A stretch of DNA of 64,000 nt from Monocercomonoides exilis PA203. Taxonomy: Eukaryota; Protista; Preaxostyla. The stretch is taken from NCBI GenBank assembly GCA_001643675.2, contig LSRY02000038.1:806001-870000 (forward strand), in the 5' to 3' direction. This document shows, one piece after another, positions 12,392-23,869 of the stretch (positions are counted from its first letter, which is position 1; each line of letters begins with the position of its first letter). A model generated the notes under the pieces. That model worked only from the letters and a program-made list of their open reading frames with translations, searched no databases and was not told where the DNA came from. Made by a program: the position numbers and the translations under genes.

Positions 12392-13783
12392 ATGATTTGG
12401 AAATTTGTTATTTTACAAATTGCGATTTGTATTTTCTCGCAAAAAGAGCATCAAACAGGATTAGCAACCGTGTACGTGAGGCAAAACTGGGGTTTTATGA
12501 ACGATGGTTCAACCGTTAAAAAAGCAATTTCAAGTTTAAAAGTCGCAAACGAAAAACTGGATCAACATTCAAATTGTGAATTTGCTATTAAGATAGTTAA
12601 AGATACATCTCTTTTTACAGCGGATGCAGTCACATTTAACAAAGCTCAAAAAATAACAATTGAAGGAGTTAATAGCGATGGAAATGGCAATACTGAAGTT
12701 GCAATTGATTGTGACGTTCATCCAGGAAGTGATCTATTTACATGTGAAGGAACTGTGGAATTCAAATACTTGGCGCTTCATTTTCCCACAACATTGAGAA
12801 AAGAGAAAGAAAAATTTGAATACTATTCTTTGATAAATGGAGAAGGAGAATGGTTATCTATCAAAAATACAAAGTTTATGCGGCCTTCTAGAGCAGAAAA
12901 TAAAGTCGAAATTGCACTTGTTGAAGCCCACGGAGGGATTGTGATTATGGATACTGTTGAATGCACAAGTGAAACAGAAAACGTTATGTTTAAAAGATAT
13001 CCATTCTTCTTTTCATCAATCGCAGTTTTTCTGTCAAATTTGACATTTACTAAGATCGAAACAAACGCAAATTCTGTGATGTGCGCTTGGTATTATAAAT
13101 ACGAAAATATTGATGTTATGGTGAACAGAAGCACATTCTCAGAGTGCAAAGCCGATTTATATGGAGCGCTGTATGTTCATAGCTTTTTCAAAAAGAGCAC
13201 ATTTTCAATCGGAGATGGAGGTGCAACCACTTTTTCATCGTGCAGCAGTAATTATAAGAGTGGCTCTGGGGGATTATATCTGCAAATGTATAACATAGAA
13301 TCAGCAAATCAGATTAAATGGCCTTCAGATGGGAAGAATCTGATATTTAAAAATTGCACTGCTGGAGAAGGAGAGTCAAAAAGGAACATTGGATTATATA
13401 TCTATGGTTTAAATCAAAATCTATTTGAAGAATTATCATGTTCAATGAAGAGAAGTTTTGCAGCTAATTACACTCAAGAAGACAATTCTTGGTTCATTGC
13501 AGGATTTGACAGCATTTCCTTTAAAGAATTTGACTTTATTGCCCAGTTTTTAGAACATTCACCAAAGACTAAAACAGAAAACAGCACAGAAAAGGGATCA
13601 GAATCGAAAATTGAGCAGTCAAAAAGCAACTTGCAGGAAGGACATGACGTTTCGGAGAAAAAAATTGAAGAGGACGTTTACAGCTTCAAAATGAAAAAGG
13701 AGCAAGAGCAATCGAAAATAGAGGGAATGACGTTCAACAGCACAAACCCGATTTTAGGAGAATCGGAAGGCAAACAAGAGTAA
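12392..13783 (+). CDS. Surface-protein family member, single module, no TM anchor in the ORF (truncated or secreted)
   Basis: ATG at 12392 starts a hydrophobic signal peptide (MIWKFVILQIAICIFS). It shares family motifs TIEGVNSDGNGNTEVAIDCDVHPGSDLF, GDGGATTFSSC, WPxDGKNLIFKNC and MKRSFAANYT with 56300-58819. It ends in a charged tail. Confidence 0.8.
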   Translation: MIWKFVILQIAICIFSQKEHQTGLATVYVRQNWGFMNDGSTVKKAISSLKVANEKLDQHSNCEFAIKIVKDTSLFTADAVTFNKAQKITIEGVNSDGNGNTEVAIDCDVHPGSDLFTCEGTVEFKYLALHFPTTLRKEKEKFEYYSLINGEGEWLSIKNTKFMRPSRAENKVEIALVEAHGGIVIMDTVECTSETENVMFKRYPFFFSSIAVFLSNLTFTKIETNANSVMCAWYYKYENIDVMVNRSTFSECKADLYGALYVHSFFKKSTFSIGDGGATTFSSCSSNYKSGSGGLYLQMYNIESANQIKWPSDGKNLIFKNCTAGEGESKRNIGLYIYGLNQNLFEELSCSMKRSFAANYTQEDNSWFIAGFDSISFKEFDFIAQFLEHSPKTKTENSTEKGSESKIEQSKSNLQEGHDVSEKKIEEDVYSFKMKKEQEQSKIEGMTFNSTNPILGESEGKQE

Positions 13784-14069
13784 TTCGCAGGAGCGTCTTT
13801 GTGCATATAAGTGGAGCAGAAGGAGGGGCAAATGCATTGATGATGATATTATCTCAGAATTCAAACATATGAAATTTTTTTTTTATCTTTCTGATGCTGA
13901 AGTCTGAGTTAATTATATCATTGGATGTATTACAAAATGCTCTTAAGTAATAATAATAATTATTGTTATTATAATTATTGTAGTGATTGGCATACGGTGG
14001 AATGCCAATAGAAATGCTCATTTATATGCTCAAAGGCTGCATCTCATATGCATCTTTCTGTTGATGGTA

Positions 14070-14419
14070 ATCTTAAGATAAACAATGAGATCAATGTACA
14101 TATTTACAGAAGATTTTGAATAGTTCTTCAAATCAGAAGATGCATTTGAGTTTGCGAATGAAGATGACAATTCGACAGATGGGTGGATTGTGGGAGCAAA
14201 AGATGGAGAATCTGAACAAGTGAATTTACATGAGAATAATGTGAAAGCAAAACAAGATTGAATCAAAAAAAGAAGAAGAAAAAGAAAAATTGAAGGAGCA
14301 ATTGCTGTTATTATTGTACCAATTGTGGTTGTCAGCAATTGTTGTCATCAAAAGGAAATAATCTGAAAGTTGAGAAGATTAAAGCAATGAACAGGAAATG
14401 AGAAAGAAGAGCGGAGTTG
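14070..14419 (+). pseudogene. Decayed C-terminal remnant of the surface-protein family
   Basis: Translates to SEDAFEFANEDDNSTDGWIVGAKDGESEQV and GAIAVIIVPIVVV, matching EDAFEFANDYDNSTAGWIV and VVAIVVPIVVV in 56300-58819. Interrupted by stops. Confidence 0.75.
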
Positions 14420-15490
14420 ATTTCTTTCATTCTTTTTCTTTTTTTTTTGTGTGTGTGTGTATGTGTTAACTTTTTTGTTTTATTGAATTCTTTTTTCTTT
14501 TTTGAATTTATTCTTTTTTATACATACACGCGTGTTTTTACACCATATTATCCCTATCTCCTTTTTTTTAAATTTTTTTGTTATGCCTTTAATCAAAGTT
14601 AAAGTTATGCTAAGAATATTTGCAGATAAGAATTTTGTCTGAATGATATTATAAATCTCTGCATTTGCCTTTTATAGTTATGCAAGAAGTTATTAATGCT
14701 TGTTTTCACTTCACGGCTTTTATTAGAATTTCTTAAGTCACTTCATTGAAGCAAATAATTATCTATTAAAAAAAAAATGAATTTATTTCTGAAATTTTTT
14801 TACCGATGTCTAGAAATTGTTTTCAATAACAGCGGAATTAAATTTCAGTTTTTTGTTCTTCATTTGGACTTCTATTTTAATTTGAAAATAGTATTAATAA
14901 CAAATCTTCAATCTGAGATTTTTCAGGTTAAAAGAATGAAACAAGTCAATAATGAATTGCTTTTTAATTCTCAAAGAAATTGTTAAGATGTTGTATGTGA
15001 AGAAAAAATTATGATTTTGCAGATATTCTCTTTTATTGTTCCATCCAAATTGCTTTGAAACATCATCTCTTTCATAAAATTTTTATGAATGAAGATGTTT
15101 TCAAAATTCAAAAAAGGAAAAAGAATAAAAAAAAACGAAAAAATTAAATTTGTCTGAAGATAATAACAAAAAATAAACATCTAAAAAAAAATAATAATAA
15201 AACAAGCCATGCAACAATGTTACAATCCAACATATTCAAAAAATATTTCAAAAAAAAAACCTTCAAAAAAGGTTTTTTGATTTAAAAAGAAAAAAACTTA
15301 AAAAAAACCGAAATGTTACAAAGATAATTACAATCCATAAAAAGAAAATGACAGATTAAAAAAATAAAATAAAATAATGTTTAACAAAAATGTCTAACTT
15401 TATGTTTAACATAATTAAATTAAATTAAATTAAAAAATAGAATTAAAATAAAATAAAATAAAATTAATAAAATGAATTAAAAAAATATAT

Positions 15491-16675
15491 CTAAAACTCA
15501 GTTAAGTGTATCATCAGCTCCATCACAGACTCGCCCAGCTGCTGATGCAGAGCTGGCGGAAGGCCCACTTCTTTCCTCAGATACTCAACATCCAGCCAGA
15601 GAAGAAGAACAGCTGCTTGAAGTCTCTCTATCTCTTCTCTGGTGACGATGCGGTTGGAGAGGGAAGAAGAGGAAGAGGAAAAAGAGGAAGATTTTGAGGA
15701 AGGGGATTTGGAAGAAGAAGAAGAAGATAATGTTGATGAGTTTTGTGGTTTCTTCTGAGAAGCAGAAGAAGAAGAAGAAGAAGAATTTGAATTAGAAGAA
15801 GAACTAGAAGAAGAAGAAGAATGAGGATGAGGGCGAGGATAATACGAAGGAGGAGCAGTACAAACAGCAGAATCGTCTATGAAGAGAGGGAGGATGGGGC
15901 CGACGAGAGAAGAATGCTGAGAAAGATAGAGGAGAAGAGAGAAATTGGGAGGAGTGTCAGGAAAGAGGTGAGCGAAGGAAGAAGAAGAAGAAGTATTGGC
16001 GATTGGAATACGAGGAGGGGGAGGAGGAGGATGGGAAGAAGATAGAGAAGAGGAAGAAGAGGAAGAAAAAGGAGAAGAAGAAAGAGAAAGAGAAAGAGAA
16101 AGAGGGCGAGGAGATGAAGAAGATAATGAAGAAATAGAAGAAGAAGAAGAAGAAGAAGAATTAATTGTCCTTACAATCTGATTGCTCAACGAATAATTCC
16201 AATTCTTCATCAGATTTTTTGTATTTTTATTGAATTTTTTGTGAGATTTCAATTGAAAATGGAAAGGAGAAAAAAGAGGGTGAAAAACGAAGGGGAAGAA
16301 GTGATGAGAAGAAGGAAGAGAAGAAGATTGGCCTAAAATGACAGAAAGAGGAGTCTGGAAGGTGTAGCGGAGATAGGAATGAGAGGGAGAGGGAAAGGGA
16401 GAGGAGGAGGAGGAAGAAGAAGAAGATGATAACGGAGAATAAGAAGTAGACGACGAAGAAGAAGAAGAAGAATTATTTGCAGAAGAATTTGAATTATGAT
16501 CAGAGGAAGAATAAGGTGAATCAGAATGAGAAGAAGAAGAAATTGAAGAAGAAGAAGGAAGAGGAAGAATATTCCATTTGTGCGTGTGAGTGATGTTAGA
16601 GGCAAAAGAATATGATCTCTTTAAAATATCAGAAGAAGATGATGGTAAAGAATTAAAATACGAGGAGGAAGAAGA

Positions 16676-16712
<37 letters not shown>

Positions 16713-19055
16713 ATTTTATGATTATTATTCGCATTTGAATACAACAGGTGATTATCAGTAGAAATACTTGGAGGAGGAACAGGAGGGGCTGATCTTTCAC
16801 TGAAAGTTAGTCGACGACGAGGAGAATAAGAAATAATCTTTTTGATGGAAGAGAGAGAAGGAGGAGGGAGAGAAAAAGAAGAAGAGGAGGAGGAGGGAGA
16901 GGGAGAGTGAGAGGAAGAAAGAAGAGAAGAAGAAATGGAAGAAGAAGAAAGAGGAGAAGAGGAAGAAGATGAAGAAGAAGAAGACAATCCATTTTTCATT
17001 TGAACAAATCCTTTTCTTTCTTGAAGAGTGGTTGAGCGATGAACAAGCGTCCAATTTGACTCTTTTCCATTCGATTTATTCTCTTTTGTTATATTTTCAT
17101 TGAATTTATAATTATCAAATTTATTTGATGTTTGTGTGTTTATTGAAGAGGAGGAAGAAGAAGGAGAAGAAGGAGGAGAAGAAGATGAGGAAGACTTTTT
17201 AGAAGAAGGAGGAGGAGGAGGAGAAAGAAAGGGGGAAAGAGAAGGAGAAAGAGCATAAGGAGAAGAAGAAGATGATGATGATGAGGAGGAGGAGGAGGAA
17301 TTAATGTTTTCATATGAAGAAGAAGAAGAAGAAGAAGAAGAAGAAGAAGGTGAAAAAGAAGAAGAAGAATCAATAAAAGAAGAATTCTTCATGTTTTCAT
17401 TGATTTCTGGAATGAAATGATTTGTTTGTGGAGAATTTGAAGAGAAAGACGGAAGACGCAATTGAGAAGAGAGAGAAGGAGGAGGAGAAGGAGAAGGTTT
17501 GATAGAAGAAGAAGAAAGAGAAGAAGAAGAAAGAGAAGAAGAAGAAAGAGAAGAAGAAGAAAGAGAAGAAGAAGATGAAGAAGAGGAGAAAGAGGAAGAA
17601 GAAGAAGGAGAAAGAGGAGGAGGATAAAGAGAAGAAGAAGAAGAAGAAAGATTATAACAATTGCTATTTTTTCGTTTTATTCTAATTTCATTGATGAAGC
17701 AAGGCTCGATTATTCTTTTTCTGCTGTTGATTTCAGCTAGCAAAGCAGTAACTAATCTTTTTGAAGGCAAAATTTGAATGTTGTTTGTCTTATTTTTGGA
17801 GGAAAAAAAGGACAATTTTGATTTTTGTGGAGATAAAGAGGAAGAAGAAGAAGAGGAGGAGGAGGAGGAAGAAGAAGAAAGAGGTGAAGAAGAGGTTGAA
17901 GAAGAATATGAAGAAGAAGAAGATGATGATGATGACGATGACGATGACATCTTCACATTTTCTCTTTCTCTTCCTTTTTCTCCTTCCTTCTTCATTTCCT
18001 TCTTCATTTCCTTCTTCTCTTCTCGTTTCCCTTCTCTTTTCCCTCCATTGTTCAGCCCTCCCTTCATAGTTAATCTATCTAACACACAATTAAACAGCCC
18101 ATCATCCAAATAGCCAGAAAGAGAAGAATAAAAAGAAGAAGTTAATTTTATTCCTCTTTTTCTCGTGGCAAAAATGAGAGAAGAAGAAGAAGAAGGGAAG
18201 ATGGGATGAGGAAGAGGGAGGAAGAGGAAAAGAGAAAGAAGATGAATGAGATGGGAAAGATAGCCAAGAGATGTGGAGAGACGAGAGAAAGAAGAGAGAG
18301 AAAGAGGAGGAAGAAGAGAAAGAAGAAGAGGGGACAGAGAAGAAGAGGAGGAAGAAGAAGAAAGGGAAGAAGAGGAAGAAGAAAGAGAAAGGGAAGAAGA
18401 AGATGATTTTGATGATGAAACAAAAGAAGAAATAGAAGAAGAAGAAGAAGAATGTTTTGAAAGAATTATTATGCTTTTATCTTCATCTTCTTCTTCCTTT
18501 TCTTCTTCTTTCTCTTTATTTCTTTCTCTTTCCATGCTCATTTCTTCAATTCTCTCCATTGCTGATTGAGGAAGAGGGCAAAATAATGAAGAATATCTTA
18601 ATTTGTGAAAGGAAGAAGAGGAAGAAGAGGAAGAAGAAATAAATGGAGGAGAAGAAGAAAAAGAATTAAATGAAGAAGAAGAGGAAGAGGAGGAAGAAGA
18701 AGAAGAGAAAGAAAAATGAGATTGATTGAAAATGTCAGTTGGACGAAGAAAAGAGAAATAATGTTTGTAGAAGGAAGAAGAGGAGGAGGAAGAAGAAGAA
18801 AGAGAAGAAGAGAGGGAAGAAATGGAAGAGGAGAGAGAAAGAGAAAGAGAAAGAGAAGAAGAAGAAATAATTTTGAAGTTTTTTGAGTTTTGATTGAATT
18901 TTCTAAGTTTTGGAGAAGAATAACACTCTTTTTGAGGAGAAAAGGAAGAAGAAAGAGAAGAAGAAGAAGAAGAAGAGAAAGAATTTAATGGAGAAGAAGA
19001 AGAAGAAGAAGAAGAAGAAGAAGAAGAAGAAGAAGAAGAAGAAGAAGAAGAAGAA

Positions 19056-19097
<42 letters not shown>

Positions 19098-22000
19098 GAT
19101 AAAGGTGATTGTGAATGTTGATGAAGAGTTGAATGAGAGGGAGAGAGAGAAGAAGAGGAGGAAGAGGAAGAAGAAGAGGAAGAATCATAATTTGGAGAAG
19201 GAAAAGAGGAGGAAGAAGAAGAAAGAGAAGAAGAGGAGGAGGAAGACATCTGATTTGATGGTTGAAATTCAACATTTTTGTTTTGATTGCATTTTTCACT
19301 CAATTTTGAGTCTTCTTCTTTGGTAACAACCTTTTCCTCTTCTTCTCCTCCACTTTTTCTTTCTTTCATCTTCTCTTCTTCCTCTTCTTCTTTTTCTTCT
19401 CTTTCTTTTCCATCTCTTTCTTTTTCTTCTCCCTTTCCTTCTTCTTTCTCCCTTCTCTCCACCAAATAAAAGCTTCTTTTCTGATAAAATTCACTTATTC
19501 TCTCAAATTCTTCTCTTTTCAGCTCTCTTTGCCACGAATCAATGGTCATTGTGGCCAAATTAAGAACATCGAAACGCGGGGGAAGAGTAACGCCCATTAT
19601 GAAAAAGATGGGGGAATAATTAATTGGAGGAGGTTGAATAAGATGAGAGGAAGAGAATTTGAAGGAAGAAGAAGAAGAAGAAGAAGGAAAAGAAGAAGAG
19701 AAAGAGGAAGAAGAAGAAGAAGAAGTTGAAATATATTTTGGATACAATTTTGAAGGAGTTATTTGTTGTTTCATTGTTTTGTTTGATTTTGAGGAAAGAG
19801 AAGAAAGAGGATAAGAAGAAGAAGAAATACGAGACAAAGAAGAAGAAGAAGGGGAAGGGGAAAAGGGAGAAGAAGAAGAAGAAGAAGAAGAAGAAGAAGA
19901 AGAAGAAGAAGAAGAAGAAGGATTAATTGTTTGATTTGAGGGTTTGATTAGAACAGGAGGAGGAAGAGATTGAAAAGAACGAGAAGAGATCAGTTTATGA
20001 GGAGAGGAAGGAGGTGAAGAAAGAGAAGAAAATTGAGAAGAAAAAGACGATGAAAAAGGAGAAGAAGAAGAAGAGGAAGAAGAAGAGGAAGAAGAAGAAA
20101 ATGAATTGTTTTCTCTTTTTTTCACTTGTTTTGTTTGAATTCTCAAAGAAGAAGAGCTTAAAGAAGATTTCATTGAAACAGGAGATGCCAAATTAGGAAG
20201 TGTTGGACATGCAGGTGAAATGGGGCTTGATACGGCGGAAAGGGGAATATTTCTGTTTAATGGAGAAGAAGAAGAAAATGTTGGAGAATAAAAAGATAAA
20301 TTGCGATGAGGGGGAAAATTGAGAATGGAAGAAGAAGAATTCAATGAAATGTTTTGTTTTGGAGAAAATTCTGATTTTATTAAAAGAGAATTATCATTAA
20401 CATCATTAGAATGAAGAGATTTAACGCTTTTATTGCTTTCTATTTCATCTTTGTCTTCTTCTTCTTCGCTTTCTTCTTCTGTTTCATCTAATTCATCATC
20501 ATAATTCTTATTAGAATTATCAATATTTTTATTTTCTTCCTCTTCCTCTTCTTCTTCTTCACTTTCTTCTTCCTCCTCCTCACTTTCCTCTTCTTCCTCT
20601 TCTTCTTCTTCTCTCTCCTTCCTCCTCTTCTCCTCCACTCCTGCCCCATCTGAATCAAACAGTGCATTCATCACTTGACTTATCCTTTCATCTTCGTCTT
20701 CTTCTTCTTCTTCTTCTTTCACCCCCAAAATGCTCGCCATTCCTCTCAAATTCATCTCTTTTAACACAAAATTCATTGAAATTTTGGATTTTGCGGTGAA
20801 ATTTTGATTGTTTTTGCTGTTTTCTTTTGAATTTTTGTTTATTTTTTGTTTATTTTTTGAATTTTCTTTCGTTTTTTCTTTGAATTTTTCGTTTTCTTTC
20901 CTCTTTTCATATTCCATTTTGTGTTGTTGCACCATAAATTTCAATAGATCTTCAGGTTCAATTGAATCAAAATCTGCTTCTTCTTCTTCTTCTTTTCTTT
21001 TGTGGCAAAAATCAAAGAAATCATCATCTTCTTCTTCTTCTTCTTCTATTTCTTCTTCTTTTTCTCTTTTTTTAATCTCTCTTTTATTTTCTCTTTCTCT
21101 CTCTCCTTCTTCTCCTTTCTTTCCTTTTTTATCGTTTTTGATATTTCCATTTCCTTTTATTCTTGTTATTCCTCCATTTTCAATAGAAATTGCATTATTT
21201 CGAATGTTTTCTTCTTCTTCTTCTCTTTCTTCAAATGAATTAATTGAACAATTCTTCGGATTTGAAGAAGAAGAAGAAGAAGAAGAAAGTGGAGAAGAAA
21301 GAGAAGCATAAGAAAAAGAAGAAGGAAGAAATATTTTTCCTTCTTTTTGGTTATCTTTCATCTCTTTCAATACAAATTTAGGTGAAGATGACATATCCGA
21401 TGAAGTTGTCTTATTATTATTCATATTATCATCATCATCATCATCATTTTGATTATTTACAATAGAATTTTCATTAGAATCAGATTTTTTTCTTTCATTT
21501 TGCTCTTTTTCCCCTTCTTCTTCATATTCCTCCTCTTCTTCTTCTTCCTCTTCCTCTTCTTCACTTTCACTTTCTTCTTCTTCTTCTTCTTCTTCCTCTC
21601 TCATTCTCTTCATCATCTGTCTGTTATACTCTTCTATTTCCTCTTTTCTCCGCAAATGTCTTTTTATCGTCTTCACATTTATAATTCCTCCGGTGCCTAC
21701 ATGTTTCGAAAACCCTAAATAAGCACCTAATGAAGGAACCACAATTTTTGTCTTTTCTTCTCTACTCAAAGGATTATCAACGTAAATCCCATTTAAAGCT
21801 AAAAATTTCATGTTTCGTGTGTTTAGAACACCCAAAATAGGAAATTGTGGAAAGTTATTAGTTAATGAATAATTAGAAGAAGATGAAGAAGAAGCAGAAG
21901 CAGATGAGAAAGAAGAAAAACCAGAGAAAAAAGAAGAAATTGAAGAAATTGAAGAAGAAGAAGAAGAAGAAGAAGAAGAAGAAGAAGAGAATAATGTGTT

Positions 22001-23662
22001 TGAAGAAGAAAAAGAAGAGAAACGACGAGAAAACAAAGAGTCGACGGAAGGAGAAGACAAAAGAGTTTTTTGTGGATGGACAGAAGAAAGAGGGATAAGA
22101 GAATGAAATGTGGTTGGATTGGAATTAAGAGGGGAAGAAGAAGAAGAAGAAGAAGAAGAAGCACAAGAAATAAATTGTGAAGAAGAAGATGACGATGAAG
22201 CTGAAGAAGAAGAAGTTGTTGTTGGAGAAGAAAAAGAACATTCTTTTCTTTTTGTATGTTTTCTTTCTTCTATTTCATCTTTTATTTCTTCATCATATTC
22301 TTCTTCTTTCTTTTCCTCTTCTCTTCCTGCTCTTCCTCTTCCTCCAAACAACTTTCTTTCCATTTTTGTCTTCGCAAATATTCTTTCCTTCGTCTTTTCC
22401 GGCCAAACCATTCCGAAATCAAACATCAACTGCAACTGGCAAATAACATAGGATTTCACTTCTTTCTCTTCTGAAATGAAAATTTTGGTTTTTTCTTTGA
22501 GAAAAGAGAGGGTGTGGTGGAGGGAGGAGAGGAAAGAGAGGGATGATGATGATGGTGAAGGAGAAGAAGAGGAAGAAGAAGAAAAAGTTGATAATGATGA
22601 TGATGATGATGATGATGATGAAGCATTTTTATTATTTTCTTCAGAAGAAAATGGATTGATTTCATTGCTTTTCTCAAACGGAACAACAAAAGGTGATATT
22701 TTATCTGAAGAAATTGAATTTGATAATTCTTTTTTCCCTTCTTCTGTCTGTTTTCCTATCCACAAGTCATTCTCTTCATTCAAATGCTTCTTTAAGCCAG
22801 AACTTTTGGAGGCAATGCGTTTCAATACTCCAAAATAGTGCGCTTTTAGGCTTAGAAGTAATGGTTCTATGCTTTTTTTGCTCAGAAAGTTTGATGGAAT
22901 ATTGATAGAAAGAGGATGAATGGCAGATTTTTTCAGTTTTGAAAGATTCAAAGGCGAATGAAAAGGCGCAGTCTTTACTTGAACATCTGTTTCAAGTGCT
23001 TTAGTAGTTGGACTGTTGAACATTGAGACGCTTCGAGAGGCTCTTGGAAGAAGAGACAATGCAGATTTTGATAATTTTGTAGACCCAAAAGAAGCTGATA
23101 TTAATGTATCATTTGTGGATGGCTGTGCAGAAAAGTTTTTCCCCTTGCAAAAGCTCAGGATTTCCCATTCACATGATCCTTGAAAGTTCCTGGAAATACT
23201 TGATATTTGATATTGTTTGTCATTCTCTGTGTTATCGCAAATGTCAATACTATTCAATGAAAAAGATGCTTTCTCCACAAGCCATCTTGATGTTGAGGAT
23301 AAGTGTTGTTCCAATATTTGGAGTATCAGAAGATGCTGGCACAATTCCATTTCTGTGTGAAGAAGTTTCGCCCTTTCGCGCAACAGCAAATTGCGATAAT
23401 AAGCAGTCTTTGCATTTTCATCTGAAAATATTTTCAGCTTGTTTTTGAATTCTTTTTGTGCTTCTTCATTTTTAGATGCACATTTTCGCAAGTTTTGGTG
23501 GAGTGATGTGAACGAAAGACAATAGTCTTTTAATTGAGTTAAAGTTACAACTTCCACCGAGGAACGACGCTTTTTATAACGGTGGTGATAATTTTTCCGT
23601 TTGTTCGTGGGTATGTTCTGTGATTTTCGAGTTTTATTTTTAATTCAATACGAAATAACCAT
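15491..23662 (-). CDS. UVRAG/Vps38-Atg14 family protein (class III PI3K complex subunit) massively expanded by poly-Ser/poly-Glu insertions, ~2700 aa
   Basis: A single 8-kb ORF has an N-terminal coiled coil and, in correct order, islands resembling the UVRAG/Atg14 BARA-like domain: VICQLQLMF, FFIMGVTLP, STSLGYLSHLIHLLSLFLFLPLPHPIFPSSSSSLI (cf. ALGYxAHLVxxxSxxLxxPLxYPI..SRSxI), LPLFI and LQAAVLLLWLDVEYLRKEVGL. The probable start is ATG 23662-23660 followed by a 42-nt GT..AG intron (23659-23618) that joins in frame to the ORF. Confidence 0.7.
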
Positions 23663-23869
23663 TATTTTATTTTTCTCAACAAAATTATAAAATTTCATTA
23701 TTTTTCTGAAAAGAATGACATTTTCCAAGCGAATTTTAAACCTTTACTTGCTTATTTATTTTCGTGCAACTTTTTGATTTTTTAATTGTGCTGAATTCAT
23801 TTGATGCTGGCTGTAAATTTTATTTGTTGCTGTGGGAATTTTTATTCAATCAAATTGCATGACATTTGA
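23663..23869. promoter_or_regulatory. Putative bidirectional promoter between the UVRAG-like and SMC genes
   Basis: Only 207 bp separate the two divergent predicted start codons; AT-rich. Inferred from geometry only. Confidence 0.5.
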
